NCBI RefSeq assembly: GCF_001194135.2
Contig: NC_068982.1
Coordinates: 171,745,223 to 171,777,749 of the forward strand
Direction: 5' to 3'
From: Octopus bimaculoides
Taxonomy: Eukaryota
Length of the DNA: 32,527 nucleotides
Under the pieces are notes generated by a model. That model had not been told where the DNA came from, made no database searches, and saw only the letters and a list, made by a program, of their open reading frames with translations. Positions 1 through 10,817 of the stretch are shown piece by piece. The translations under genes were made by a program, and so were the position numbers. How positions within the stretch are numbered: position 1 is the first letter of the stretch; each line of letters opens with the position of its first letter.

Positions 1-58
1 TATATATATATACATACATACATTCATACATACATTCATACATACATACATACATATC

Positions 59-95
<37 letters not shown>

Positions 96-423
96 GCACA
101 CACACGTGCACTGGCACATTCATATATTTGTATATATGTATGTACGTTTCAATTTTGGGTATATGCATATATGTGTACGCATGGATACAGACATGAATAC
201 ATATACATGCATGCGTATGAGTGTATGTATGTATGTATGTATGTATGTATACGTAAATACATACACAGTTATGTATGTACATAATAATATAAACATGCAG
301 CCAGTTTTATAAATATATGTATTTATGCATCCGCATATGTGTGTGTGTATGTGTGGGTGTCTATGAGAATGTTTATATATGCATATATATGTGTATATAT
401 ATATATGTGTGTGTGTGTGTGTG

Positions 424-458
<35 letters not shown>

Positions 459-485
459 ATGTTTGTGTGTGTGTGTGTGTGTACG
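1..485. repeat. Compound (TA)n/(TACA)n/(TG)n microsatellite field
   Basis: Directly visible tandem di- and tetranucleotide repeats. Confidence 0.95.
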
Positions 486-579
486 GATATTATTTTGTAA
501 CAATAACTGTTTAATTTATTCTTTTTCAACGAGGTTTTCAACGAGGTTTTCTTTTCTTCTTATATTGTTATAAATTATT

Positions 580-1480
580 TATAGCTTGTTACGATCAGTA
601 AAGTTCTCTATTCAATTATCAACATTTCTAGATTTTTTTTGCACTGTCTCATCTTCAGAGTGAAGTGATTTTGAAGTGTGTTGCTATCTCTTTATCGCAG
701 ATAAACCCAATGTGATTTTTGTAGGCATTAGAACTGAAATTTAAAGTTTGTTTTTCACGTTTATAAGCCATCAGTCTTGAATGTATTTCCTTTTGTGTAT
801 ATTGTGTAGTATCGGTGTATCTATTTTAGCATTTAATCTGCGTTACGATTATTGTTTCCAACATTTTATAACAATGCATCATGTACCAGCTGAAGCATAC
901 CGTACTAGTATATTCAGTGTAACATACTGAGTCGTGTAGTTTACAAATTTAACGTTTGTAATCAAATTTATGGATTGCATTCACATTAGTAGTTCGTTCG
1001 TGGGTTTAAAAGCTTTTGGTTTACTATTGATAAGAGGGATTTTAGCTTTTGTAGTTTATATTGCATATCATTAGTATTCGTTTATGCGTAGGTGCAATAC
1101 ATTTTGTGTTCTGTTTTATCGAGATTTCGATAATGTGTTCATCTGTTTTTATAGTGAGATATATTTGATTTTATATAATAGATTTTGTGTCGTGAATATA
1201 TGTGTGTTTATATATATAGTAAGTGTGATATCTGATGCATATTATGCTTTGTATTTTTGTATATATTGCTGTAAGGCTTACCCAATTAGTTTTTTTTATA
1301 AATAATTGTTGCTGTCAAGGGTTTCTTTTATTCTCAGTATTATTTTATCTAATTTTTCACTCGTGGAGAAAACATTATATGCTCGTATAGGTAGATATTT
1401 TACTGCTTACGGTGTATATTATTTGTGAGAATATATATTTCTTTATGCCTTTCGTGTAGAAGATACGTAAGGTATTAGTA
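580..1480 (-). mobile_element. Possible heavily decayed Penelope-like retroelement remnant (RT end / GIY-YIG region plus terminal segment)
   Basis: Minus-strand translations give weak, stop-ridden motifs (TIIYKK..KNTKHNM, CECN, LINVKNKL..CLQK) that resemble Penelope ORF C-termini. They are followed by CTGAAGATG...GAAATGTTG, typical of Penelope terminal repeats. Recognition is from memory only. Confidence 0.35.
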
Positions 1481-2522
1481 ACTGGTATCTTAAACATTAA
1501 AAATTAAAACAATTTAACAAATGAATCTTTATTTAATTGTTGTGCGTACTAAATTTACATAGGGATTGATTGCAAGGCGTTACACAAAACAATACAAAAC
1601 AAAATAAGACAAAAACAGGAATGGACAACACATGTGTACTCTATAAAATTTCGTCACCAGAAAAATTAACAGTTAACGATTTAAATACAACACAGAAAAA
1701 TGGTTAAAATATGCATAGATACAAAATGCTCAAATACGAAACAAAAATAAGCAAAGGTCAAAATTCAAATGCCGGTCAAATGTCTACGCCACTCACATTT
1801 ATTTTACCTACTGCAAGGAAGCAGCGACACACGCCAACATCAGCTCGCTCGGAAGATGGGATTATGAAGATCTCATTAAAAAAAAACATGAAATATCGTT
1901 AAAAATGCTAGATAAAAATAGAATTCAAATGTTTTCTTCCAAACATGGTTAAACAAAATGTCTTTTCCTCCATAAATATGTGAGCGGGTTTGTGCGTATG
2001 TTTGTGCGTATTTGTGGATATGTATGCGTGGAGGTCTAATATATATTGAGTATATGAGCCTATATACGCATCCTTACGTTTATATGCTACCATATTTTTG
2101 TAATATTTATGATAAAAATCTGTTTTTTATTGAAGTTAGTTTTATTGTTTACCAATTCATTGTTGACATCTGCTTGCTATTTTGTTTGTTTCGTTCTTCT
2201 TGATTTTTCTTGTTCTGCTGAAATGGTTTTTTAAAAATACGCAAATAACCCCAGGAAGTAAATCAAGCACAACATAAAGGGCAGTGATTAACTCTAATTT
2301 TATGGCTTCATGTGAATTACTGAACAACTATATAACTTCCTTGCTTCAAACACTTGGCAGATTTGTGGAGGCCGTGACGAAAAAAAGGATCTGCCAAGGG
2401 CGCATTAACGTGGTCCCATTAAAGTACATAAGTATATATGTGTGTGTGAATACATACATATGCAAATACACACACGCGCATACTCACATATATATACATA
2501 TGCATACATATATATATATATA

Positions 2523-2744
2523 TATAAGTACTGAGGGTAAAAGTTATTATTAAGAAATAACGATTTATAGCAGTGGCCAGCATGCGTGGTTACACGATTT
2601 GGAGGGAGTCTACTTTCAGCATGTAAGGAAACCACTTAGTGGCCTTCTTATATTTGAATATAATTTGCAGTCCTTTTTTACGCATGCTGGCTGCTGGTAT
2701 AAATTGTCGCTTCTTAACAATAATTTTTAGCCTCAGTACTTATA
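2523..2744. mobile_element. MITE with about 65-bp terminal inverted repeats
   Basis: 2523-2587 (tataagtactgagggtaaaag...ccagcatgcgt) is the imperfect reverse complement of 2680-2744 (acgcatgctggc...cctcagtacttata). The interior is non-coding and the termini sit in TA context. Confidence 0.75.
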
Positions 2745-3050
2745 TTTTTTAATATTTTAGTTCTCGAGTCAGGTAATTCACTGCTGAATTTTATTCACTG
2801 CTGATTTATTCTGGCTAGGCGTGGTGGTGGAAGACATTTGAACTGAACACATGACGTATAATGGTGGCACCCTATACGCACCTATGTCCTTTACGGAGAT
2901 GGTATGTATACGAGTTCTATCATTATGTACCCCCTTGTTTAATTATTAATGGTGAAACTTCGAAGTATGTAATTGACTGCTCCTGTTATATCTTTTCATA
3001 GTGTCTTGCACACGTATATCCAACGCGCCGTTAAATGACTACGCATTTTT

Positions 3051-3127
3051 CGTGGTTAAACGATTCGGCGTCTACTTTCAGCATGTATGAAAACCACTTA
3101 GTGGCTTTCCTCTTATATTTGTATATA
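3051..3127 (+). repeat. Second copy of the MITE interior segment (direct repeat of about 2586-2663)
   Basis: Both places share cgtggtta.acgatt...gtctactttcagcatgta.gaaaccacttagtggc...cttatatttg. Confidence 0.7.
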
Positions 3128-3380
3128 TATATAAGCACGTCGTATATATTCTCAAACGAAAGCATTTGGTTTTCTCAAATTCCTTTCAGCTTTACTCTGT
3201 AGGCATCTACCATAGCTCTGACGTCTCTTTAACTCCCTTAAATATTTTATTGTGCACTTTAAACACAATTGTGTGATGTTTGAATACATTAACTTCTGTG
3301 GAAACCATATATATTTGAACTTTTGTGTTTCTGCATGTATAAGGATGTGTGCATCTGTATATATAGTTAGATAAGTATGC

Positions 3381-3388
<8 letters not shown>

Positions 3389-3433
<45 letters not shown>

Positions 3434-3652
3434 CATATGTATACAGAAAGGAAGAGAAAGAAAGAAAGAAAGAAAAAAAGACAGATAGCTAGATAGATAG
3501 ATAGATAGATATAATTGTATATTTATGCCTATGCATACGCAAGTTTATACATACACCTATACATATATATANNNNNNNNNNNNNNNNNNNNNNNNNNNNN
3601 NNNNNNNNNNNNNNNNNNNNNNNNNNNNNNNNNNNNNNNNNNNNNNNNNNNN

Positions 3653-3724
<72 letters not shown>
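3389..3724. repeat. (TG)n, (GAAA)n and (GATA)n microsatellites around an assembly gap (N 3572-3652)
   Basis: Directly visible. Confidence 0.95.
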
Positions 3725-3729
<5 letters not shown>

Positions 3730-4160
3730 CTGTTTCTGTGAGTACACATGCGTGTAGTATCTGACAACTCTGAAAGCTAAGAAGCGTGAAATTGTACCAA
3801 ATACTAATAAATTTATTGAAGCATATCTTCTAGACATGAATGGTCTCGAAAAACTGTTTGTCTGATAGCAATATTTTGCCTACTTAATCTCAAATTGAAA
3901 TCATGAAAATATAGTATTTTGTATTTCAGTGTGTTTTAGAGTATTGTACGAATCTTTACGCTATAAACGTCGATATTATTAAAACCTTTAGTGAACCTAT
4001 AGAAATATATATTTCTTAATACAGGTACAACGTATCAAATTATCAATTATATATCGAATCCATATTTATCAAGCTTATATTTTCTTGATCTTAACTGGTC
4101 GGCTACTGAGGTCTTTCGGCTTGCAGATTATAAATCGCCATGATGCTGGCAACATCATCT

Positions 4161-4370
4161 AAGGTGGTGAGTTGCCAGAATCATTAGCTCGCCGGACAGA
4201 ATGCTTCATGACATTTCTTCCGGTTTAACGTTCTGAGTTCAAATTCAATTGTGTCAACTTTTCCTTTCATTATTTCAGAGTCTATAAAATAAGTAGCAGT
4301 CTATAAAATAAATACCAGTTATGCAATCGACAAGCCATCCCTACTCCCCCAAAATGTTCAGGTCTTGTGC
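4161..4370 (+). mobile_element. tRNA-headed SINE, family A (Meta/MESC-like central domain)
   Basis: Head aaggtggtgagttgccagaatc, B-box-like gagttcaaatt, central cctttcat...ataaaataa.tacca and tail ccccaaaat...ggtcttgtgc. Aligns by eye with copies at 12.4, 15.5 and 24.5 kb. Confidence 0.8.
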
Positions 4371-5056
4371 GTGTAGCAGAAAGAATTTTACTGGCATCAT
4401 TTACGTCTTAAAACTGCCCTTTCATGCCCTTGTTCGAACAGCACTTCCAGTTTACGCTGGAGAGGTTCGTGAATCAAATAATACCGAAGAGATGAGAGAC
4501 GACACATTTCGTGATTAGAATTGGTTCCGATAAGCAATCATTTAGTCTGATTATCAATCGAATGCCGCTACATGTTGAAGTGATCGAACCTTTGGAAACT
4601 GGGATCAAAACTGACTGCCTTGAAGACAGTTGGCCAAATAATCTTGATGGACCCAATGAAAATTGTTTGATGGATCCAAATTGATCAGAGCCCCATCAAA
4701 TTCAGGTTTGTGACAGGTCTGTGGTTTCAGGACTGAGTGACCGACAACTTGTGACAAATCCTTTGCTGGCATATTGACCAGATTCATAAACTGTCCAGCG
4801 ATCAGAGCTATTATCAATAACTTTCAACTCGACTATGCCTTCCACAATAGCACAACCACTCCACGGTACACAATGCTGAGAATTCCCTCGTTTTATTGCC
4901 TGTAGCAATGATCATCTGTCAAAACAGGAACAAATCTATTATAAATGTGCAAATCTTAGAGGTAGACCATACAAAGAAATGACTCCTCGTACCAACCCTT
5001 GACTCACCACCAACCCTTGCATTGCTATTATTACCAGTTTTCCGAAACATTTCTGA

Positions 5057-5057
<1 letters not shown>

Positions 5058-5087
<30 letters not shown>

Positions 5088-5181
5088 TTTCTTCGTCGTC
5101 TTCTTCTTCTTCTTCTTCTTCTTCTTCTTCTTCTTCTTCTTCTTCTTCTTCTTCTTCTTCTTCTTCTTCTTCTTCTTCTTC
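5058..5181. repeat. (CTT)n microsatellite
   Basis: Directly visible. Confidence 0.97.
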
Positions 5182-5845
5182 ATTGTTGAGATGACAACAG
5201 TGCGGACCTATTCCGTTTTCTTGATCTTTGTTATATTAAGAAGGTTCTCAGGTGGCGGAAGTGTTGATAGCCTCGACAGAATAATGAGCGAAGCGGTTTG
5301 TTTTGTTGCCGTGGTATCAGTCCTAGAAGCATTGCTGACAGTATCACTAATGTTGCCGTTTTTAATGTCATCATCAACACTGTTATTTTTGTAGTGAAAA
5401 CAATCGGCCGATTGTTACTCAGGTGGTGACGGAATTTTTTTTTTTTTGTCCTTAAAACTATCAAAAATAAAATTGTTGTTGTTGTCTTATGCTTTGCTTC
5501 TGGTGTTGTTATTTTCTTGTAATCATTGCAATTGTTGTTGCTTATGATGTTATTTGTGCATGTGTAAGTGGTATGAGTATACTGTTGGTGCTCTTACCAC
5601 AAACTTTGTCTGAAAGTGGGTGGCACTGCCTCCCACCCGGGGTGGGTGGAAAGATCCAGTGGGGCACTGTAGAAAAATCGAGCGATAATGAGGTGACCAA
5701 AAGGGGTAATGGATGTAAAAACAACAAAATAATGTGTTAATTAGATTAAGTTTAATTTGTGAAATACAGTATTTTTTTTTTGATTTGCTGCAGAAAGTGG
5801 TCTATGTATGTGGTGGTGAGTGGGTTGGGGGTTGGGCGCTAACAA

Positions 5846-5904
5846 TGTGGCCCGAGGGCCAAGTGTGCGGCAGCCCGAAAGAGTTTGGGAACCACAGGTC
5901 TAGA
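5846..5904. mobile_element. Possible hAT (Charlie-like) DNA transposon terminus
   Basis: GGCCCGAGGGCC subterminal-type motif followed by GTTTGGGAACCACAG, resembling a hAT terminal repeat. I found no clear partner end. Confidence 0.35.
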
Positions 5905-6295
5905 TCATACTTTTCTTTTGACTAATAAAATTTTTGAGATAAACGACAGCGTTTCAGCGACTGACATCATGTCTATCATAACTCTCCCTCAACACTGCAC
6001 ACCGTTTAAACTTCAACACAGCTGACATCTTTAAATGGAATTATTGCATAGAGAATGGGGACAAATAGTTGTGTCTTTCTTAATTAGGAAATATACAAAT
6101 GATTTTCAATTAACATGTTTCTAGAATGTTATCGAAAAGTTTCCTAACAAAATATTTTCAAAATTCCATTCTAGAAATTCGAAAATGCAGGGTTAAATAA
6201 TGGAGCGACTATGCAAACGGATACGACATCGGCATCAACAACAACAGCAAGAATATCATCAACACAATAATAATATAAACAGCAACAGCAACAGC

Positions 6296-6399
6296 AAGAA
6301 GAAGAAGAAGAAGAAGAAGAAGAAGAAGAAGAAGAAGAAGAAGAAGAAGAAGAAGAAGAAGAAGAAGAAGAAGAAGAAGAAGAAGAAGAAGAAGAAGAA
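6296..6399. repeat. (GAA)n microsatellite
   Basis: Directly visible. Confidence 0.97.
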
Positions 6400-6439
6400 T
6401 TATTCTCGTGCAGCATTGAAGAAAGAAAAATAAAGAATA

Positions 6440-7190
6440 CTAAGACTTTGATAAAGAAATCGAGATAAGAGAATTAAACCAAACGCAAACTTCAAATAGT
6501 TAGGTATTCATGAACTGGAGAGATTACAGCACACAAAAATCAAATCCGAGGTTAGGAAGAAATAGATTAATTACGTTAGATTAATGCTTAAAACAGAGCT
6601 AAATGCAAAAAAATAATGTGCGTCAATAGTCAAGCGGTTGCATTAATATGTTATAGATATTGTATTTTCAAGTGTGTGCTAAATGAATTTACGAGACAAG
6701 ATAGAAAAGCTGGTAAGATTATTTAATACATTTGGTATATGCTATCTAAAATTTGACAGAGACAGTTTTTATCTGCCACAAATGCTGGTAAGAGTTCTCT
6801 GTAACTCGAAAACAAACTTTTATACAATATTCACTGTAGGGCTAAAACTATTGTTGGAAAACCAATGTAAAAAGCTAGAAAATACGATTAAAACTAATAA
6901 AGAAGGACCGTATTTCTGCCTAAAAGTAATCCAAAAATAAGACAAATACAAGACAGAGGATTAGATTACAAACAGCTGCGAAGAGGAAGAAGAAAAGACC
7001 GAAATTTGAAAAAGAGGTTAGAACATAAACTGAACTGGGATCTGCTGAGTGCTATTGTAATGCGATGAGTAAAGTATCCCCTGCATAGCCCATACCTGAA
7101 ACATAACAGGTTATAAAGTAAAATCGTATCGCCGGCTGGGAAGTCTCGAAGCTGAGACAGCAAGATTCTTGATTGCAAGACAGAATCAAA
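6440..7190 (+). mobile_element. Decayed R4/Dong-clade non-LTR retrotransposon fragment (RT C-terminal half to the AQDQ region)
   Basis: Plus-strand translation with stops and frameshifts: FK*LGIHE (YKYLG motif), VRLMLKTELNAK, DRKAGK, KFDRDSFYLPQ (DRLYLPR-like), LEAETARFLIARQNQ (ETEGFIIAAQDQ-like). Confidence 0.75.
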
Positions 7191-7194
7191 AGTG

Positions 7195-7315
7195 CAGCCA
7201 CAAGGCCAGCAATATCGAGGGCAAGCGGAGAAACTTAGTCAATACCTTCAACTCCGGTAATTGACTGATACTTTGTTTCATCAACCCCGAAAGGATGAAT
7301 GCTAAAGTTATCTCC
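7195..7315 (-). mobile_element. Partial family A SINE (3' half)
   Basis: cacaaggccagcaat...ctgatactttgtttcatcaaccccgaaaggatgaa matches the reverse complement of the family A body. Confidence 0.6.
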
Positions 7316-7439
7316 TTCTCCAAAAGGAGTAGAACTCATAATATAAACAAAAAAGGGAACAAACAGCGCAAAGTATTTTTTTTTTAAACGCTCTACGATC
7401 CTGTCAATCCACTACCCTAATAACAATAATAGCAAATTA

Positions 7440-7650
7440 CTTTAAAATTTGGCAGCAGGCCAGTAATTTGTGGGGAGGGGCTTAGTCGTTCACATCGACC
7501 ACCACCACTTAAATGTTACTCTATATTATTGAACTTGAAAGGATGACGGGCTTAGTTGTCCTTGGTGAGATTTGAACTAAGAACATAAGGAGTCGAAAGA
7601 AATGCCGCTAAGTATTTGGTCAATCCTCGATAACAATTTTGCCTACTCTC
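7440..7650 (-). mobile_element. Family A SINE, diverged
   Basis: aaaatttggcagcaggccagtaatttgtgggg...gaaaggatga...gatttgaactaagaac...gaaatgccgctaagtatttgg. Confidence 0.7.
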
Positions 7651-7862
7651 CCTGCTACTAATACTGAAACAGTAATAATTACTTGTTACGTACTTATTGA
7701 TAACAATCAACTGTAAAATGTATTACGGTTCTTGGACATAATTCAATTTGACTGTTTCACTGAGATGAGAATTGTTCTAAACGAGACGGGTATCACAATT
7801 TTAAACAATTTTCAATAGATTTGTTGAAAAACTTGTGCCGATTAAGGTTATATAATATAAAA

Positions 7863-8082
7863 GTGAGAGAGAGAGAGAGTGATGTGTAAATGTATACATA
7901 CATACAAACACACACACACAAACATGCACTTACACATCCACATATATAACGTATATGTGTATGTACACATATATACTTTATATGCATGTACATATATACT
8001 TATATGTATGCATGCATGATGCATGCATGTATGCATGTATGTATGTATGTATGTATGTATGTATATATGTATGTATGTATTA
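7863..8082. repeat. Compound (GA)n/(CA)n/(TATG)n microsatellite
   Basis: Directly visible. Confidence 0.9.
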
Positions 8083-10427
8083 TAACAGCAGTGACATTTT
8101 ACAAATTGTCATCGCCATCTATCCTTCCAAACCACCCAGTTAATTGTATTAAATCACTTCACCCTTATGTTGGGAAATTTGAGGTCTAACTTCATAATAA
8201 ACATACTTAATACGGGAAATGAATCAAATTTTTTACTCATTAGATTAACTAGATTAACGTAGGTTCCTTAATAAAACACCCAGTTGTATTTTATTTAGCT
8301 GTCATACATTACCTTCTTATCTTCAATAATAACTATTATCTCGTCATCATATTCGAACTGGTGTCAATTCTGTTCTAAACTGATTTGATACAATTATTTC
8401 ACATAACGTATAGTAATACACAGTATACCGTTACGGAAAATGGCAGCTAAATCACCCTTAAACTTCACACTTTTGTTGATAAGGGAGAGACAAATCGTTA
8501 AAGGTGATCTCAGATATGCAATATCGCAGAGAAAGTAAAGATTGTCATAGTTGAAATGCCTTTTATCATAGGTCCACTCATTCAAGTTTTATCGAGGATT
8601 AAACCACAACAACAACTGCCACAGCAGCAACAGCAACCACTGCTACAACAACAACAACAACAACGACGACGACAACAACAACGACTGTAGCAGCAGGAAT
8701 ATAGTTTAGTTAGCTGTGTTCTCCAGTCAGGTGAACTGGGCCGTTGAGACTTAGATAACGCAGTGACACAGACCTTTCAGCTGGCTGATTAGTTCTGCCC
8801 CCTATTGAAGCGACCAACCGCGAAATCCATCGAACCATCACAAGACCAGCGATTTGAGAAGAGCATCAGCACCCTATGGCAGGAGGAAATAATAGAAACA
8901 TTAAGTAAATACAAAAAGAGAGGATAGTTTGAGCATAAATAATCTTTCCTGTCATCGCCATGACAAAACATATAAAAACGAACAAAAGATGAGGCTAAAA
9001 CAAGGAGGTAGGTGTCCAATTTATTTAAGGTCCGTTTTTAATGTATTTTTTGCATGAGAGGTCGGGGCAAGGGAAAATAGATAAATAGTGACTGGTGCAT
9101 GGTAACTTAATGGGTGGTGGGCGTGGAATTTGTGGTAGATATAGCAAGTGCTTTCAATTTCTATTAGAGTAATTAAGCAATATTTAGTAGTCACTTTAGG
9201 ACGTTAGTAAATAATAAAGGAGTACGTAGTGAAAAAAATACATATAGATACATTCTATATATATATACATATGTGCAAATACACACACACACGTACAAAC
9301 ATATACACACACTCACACACACTCACACACACTCACACACACATATATATATATACAGTTAATTCTTCTCATTTTCCCTCAATATGTATACACACACACA
9401 CACATATTGATATACATATTCACATAAGTATATGCACATATATATTATGAATCAAAAGACTACTTAAGTAGATAATTAGTTAGTTAATAATTAATTACTG
9501 GAATGAGGCAAGAAACCTGTAGCCGGCTAGAATAACGGTGCAGTGATTAAACGATACAGACGTAATAAAGATTCATTGAATAGATGTATGCATGGGTTTC
9601 TCTGTGCATTTAATGCGCCTATTTTGAGGGTGTGTTTGTGTTTTAGACGTATATGAGTTGTCAAATGTGCCTGTGTGTGCACATTGAATGCTTCAGGCTA
9701 TGTTGAATGTGTGTGCATGTGTCAAATGTATGTGTATGTATATGTAAATATGCAGAGATGTTTAATGACAAACAAAACAGTTTGTGACAAGCGCTTAACT
9801 ATATAAGCAAGGACATCTATAAACAATGAAGATGGATAGCTGGGTAAGTTGATAAAACGTGCGCGCGCGCACACACACATATACGCATGCAAATATATAC
9901 ATACACACAAAAATACACAAAACCAAACAGATACACGCACACACACAAAACACGCACTCACTAACATCCTCTCTTTTTCCTTTCGCTCCTACCCCGTCCT
10001 TCTTTCTCTCCCCCTCTTTCTCTTTTTCTATCTTTATATGAGTGTATGTGTTTTTTAATGTATATTTTTATGCTTAGTTATAAAAACATTATGATAAACA
10101 CAAGTTCATATCATTTGTTTCCTATGTACGTTTCACCGTTGTAGCTGTTTGGAACCACTGCATTGAATGTTCCGAGTGCAATTTGTTGCTGAATTACAAC
10201 GGATCATTATGGAAACACTTTATTGCTTTAAGCTGATACATTCTATATCAGAGATTAAGGCTCAACTTCAGCATGATGACTTGTTAACTGTTAAGCGCCG
10301 GACTGATTATTGTACGGTTTTGAGTTACGCCGCTTCAAATTCTAAATTAATTTTCCGCCAATTTGTAGTCTACATGTTATTCTTACAAACCTGGTGTAGC
10401 AAATACCAGTAAAATTCGTAGACGATA

Positions 10428-10817
10428 TAATGGTTGTTCCGTCCTTGTGCTCTTATTACGACTTCTACTTTTTTTTAAGGATCAGGTTCGATCGTCATCT
10501 TCTGGCCATAGAACACGCCAACGATGGCGAAGAACTCCGCTTGTAAGCTGACTCGTTGGCCTGACCCGAGAACCTCACCGGTCCGTTCGATCGGTTGTAG
10601 TGACGCACGGCGTGCACAGAGGGCATGGACGTGATCGACTGATGACCCGCACCTACATCGCTAGCTCACGCGGTTTGTTCCAAACTCAGATCCCTATCAC
10701 GAGTAGTGGTTCAGCGGTTTCCCGACTCTCCCCAGCCGGAGGAGTCACAACTGCTGGTTACCGCCAGTATAGTGTCCGTATGGCCCCGGACATCTAAGGG
10801 CATCACAGACCTGTTAT
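10428..10817 (-). pseudogene. Diverged 3'-terminal fragment of 18S (SSU) rRNA, an rRNA pseudogene
   Basis: The plus strand carries the reverse complement of conserved SSU motifs in the correct order: cttattacgacttctactt (1492R-like site), cggttgtagtgacgcacggcgtgcacagagggcatggacgt (the GTACACACCGCCCGTC region, mutated) and ccccggacatctaagggcatcacagacctgttat (near-perfect). Substitutions in universally conserved positions argue against a functional copy. Confidence 0.92.

Noticed and set aside
58-573. ORFs rich in YI, HT and CV dipeptides, here and throughout the track
   Set aside because: They are translations of (TA)n, (CA)n and (TG)n microsatellites with no protein signal.
560-2300. Mitochondrial insertion (NUMT), suggested by AT richness
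   Set aside because: I recognised no mitochondrial protein, tRNA or rRNA motifs.
2353-2398. 10-bp inverted repeat cttggcagat/atctgccaag
   Set aside because: It is isolated and short with no associated feature, so it is plausible by chance.
4702-4908. WTVYESGQY resembling a beta/gamma-crystallin motif
   Set aside because: The match is only a few residues, in-frame stops follow, and there is no repeated Greek-key pattern.
4999-5394. 131-aa ORF with poly-F, and similar poly-K, poly-S, poly-N and poly-I ORFs
   Set aside because: They are produced by trinucleotide arrays that lack stops in some frames.
10090-10427. Possible ITS1/5.8S or mitochondrial rRNA continuation beyond the 18S fragment
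   Set aside because: I could not find conserved 5.8S or mitochondrial rRNA motifs there.
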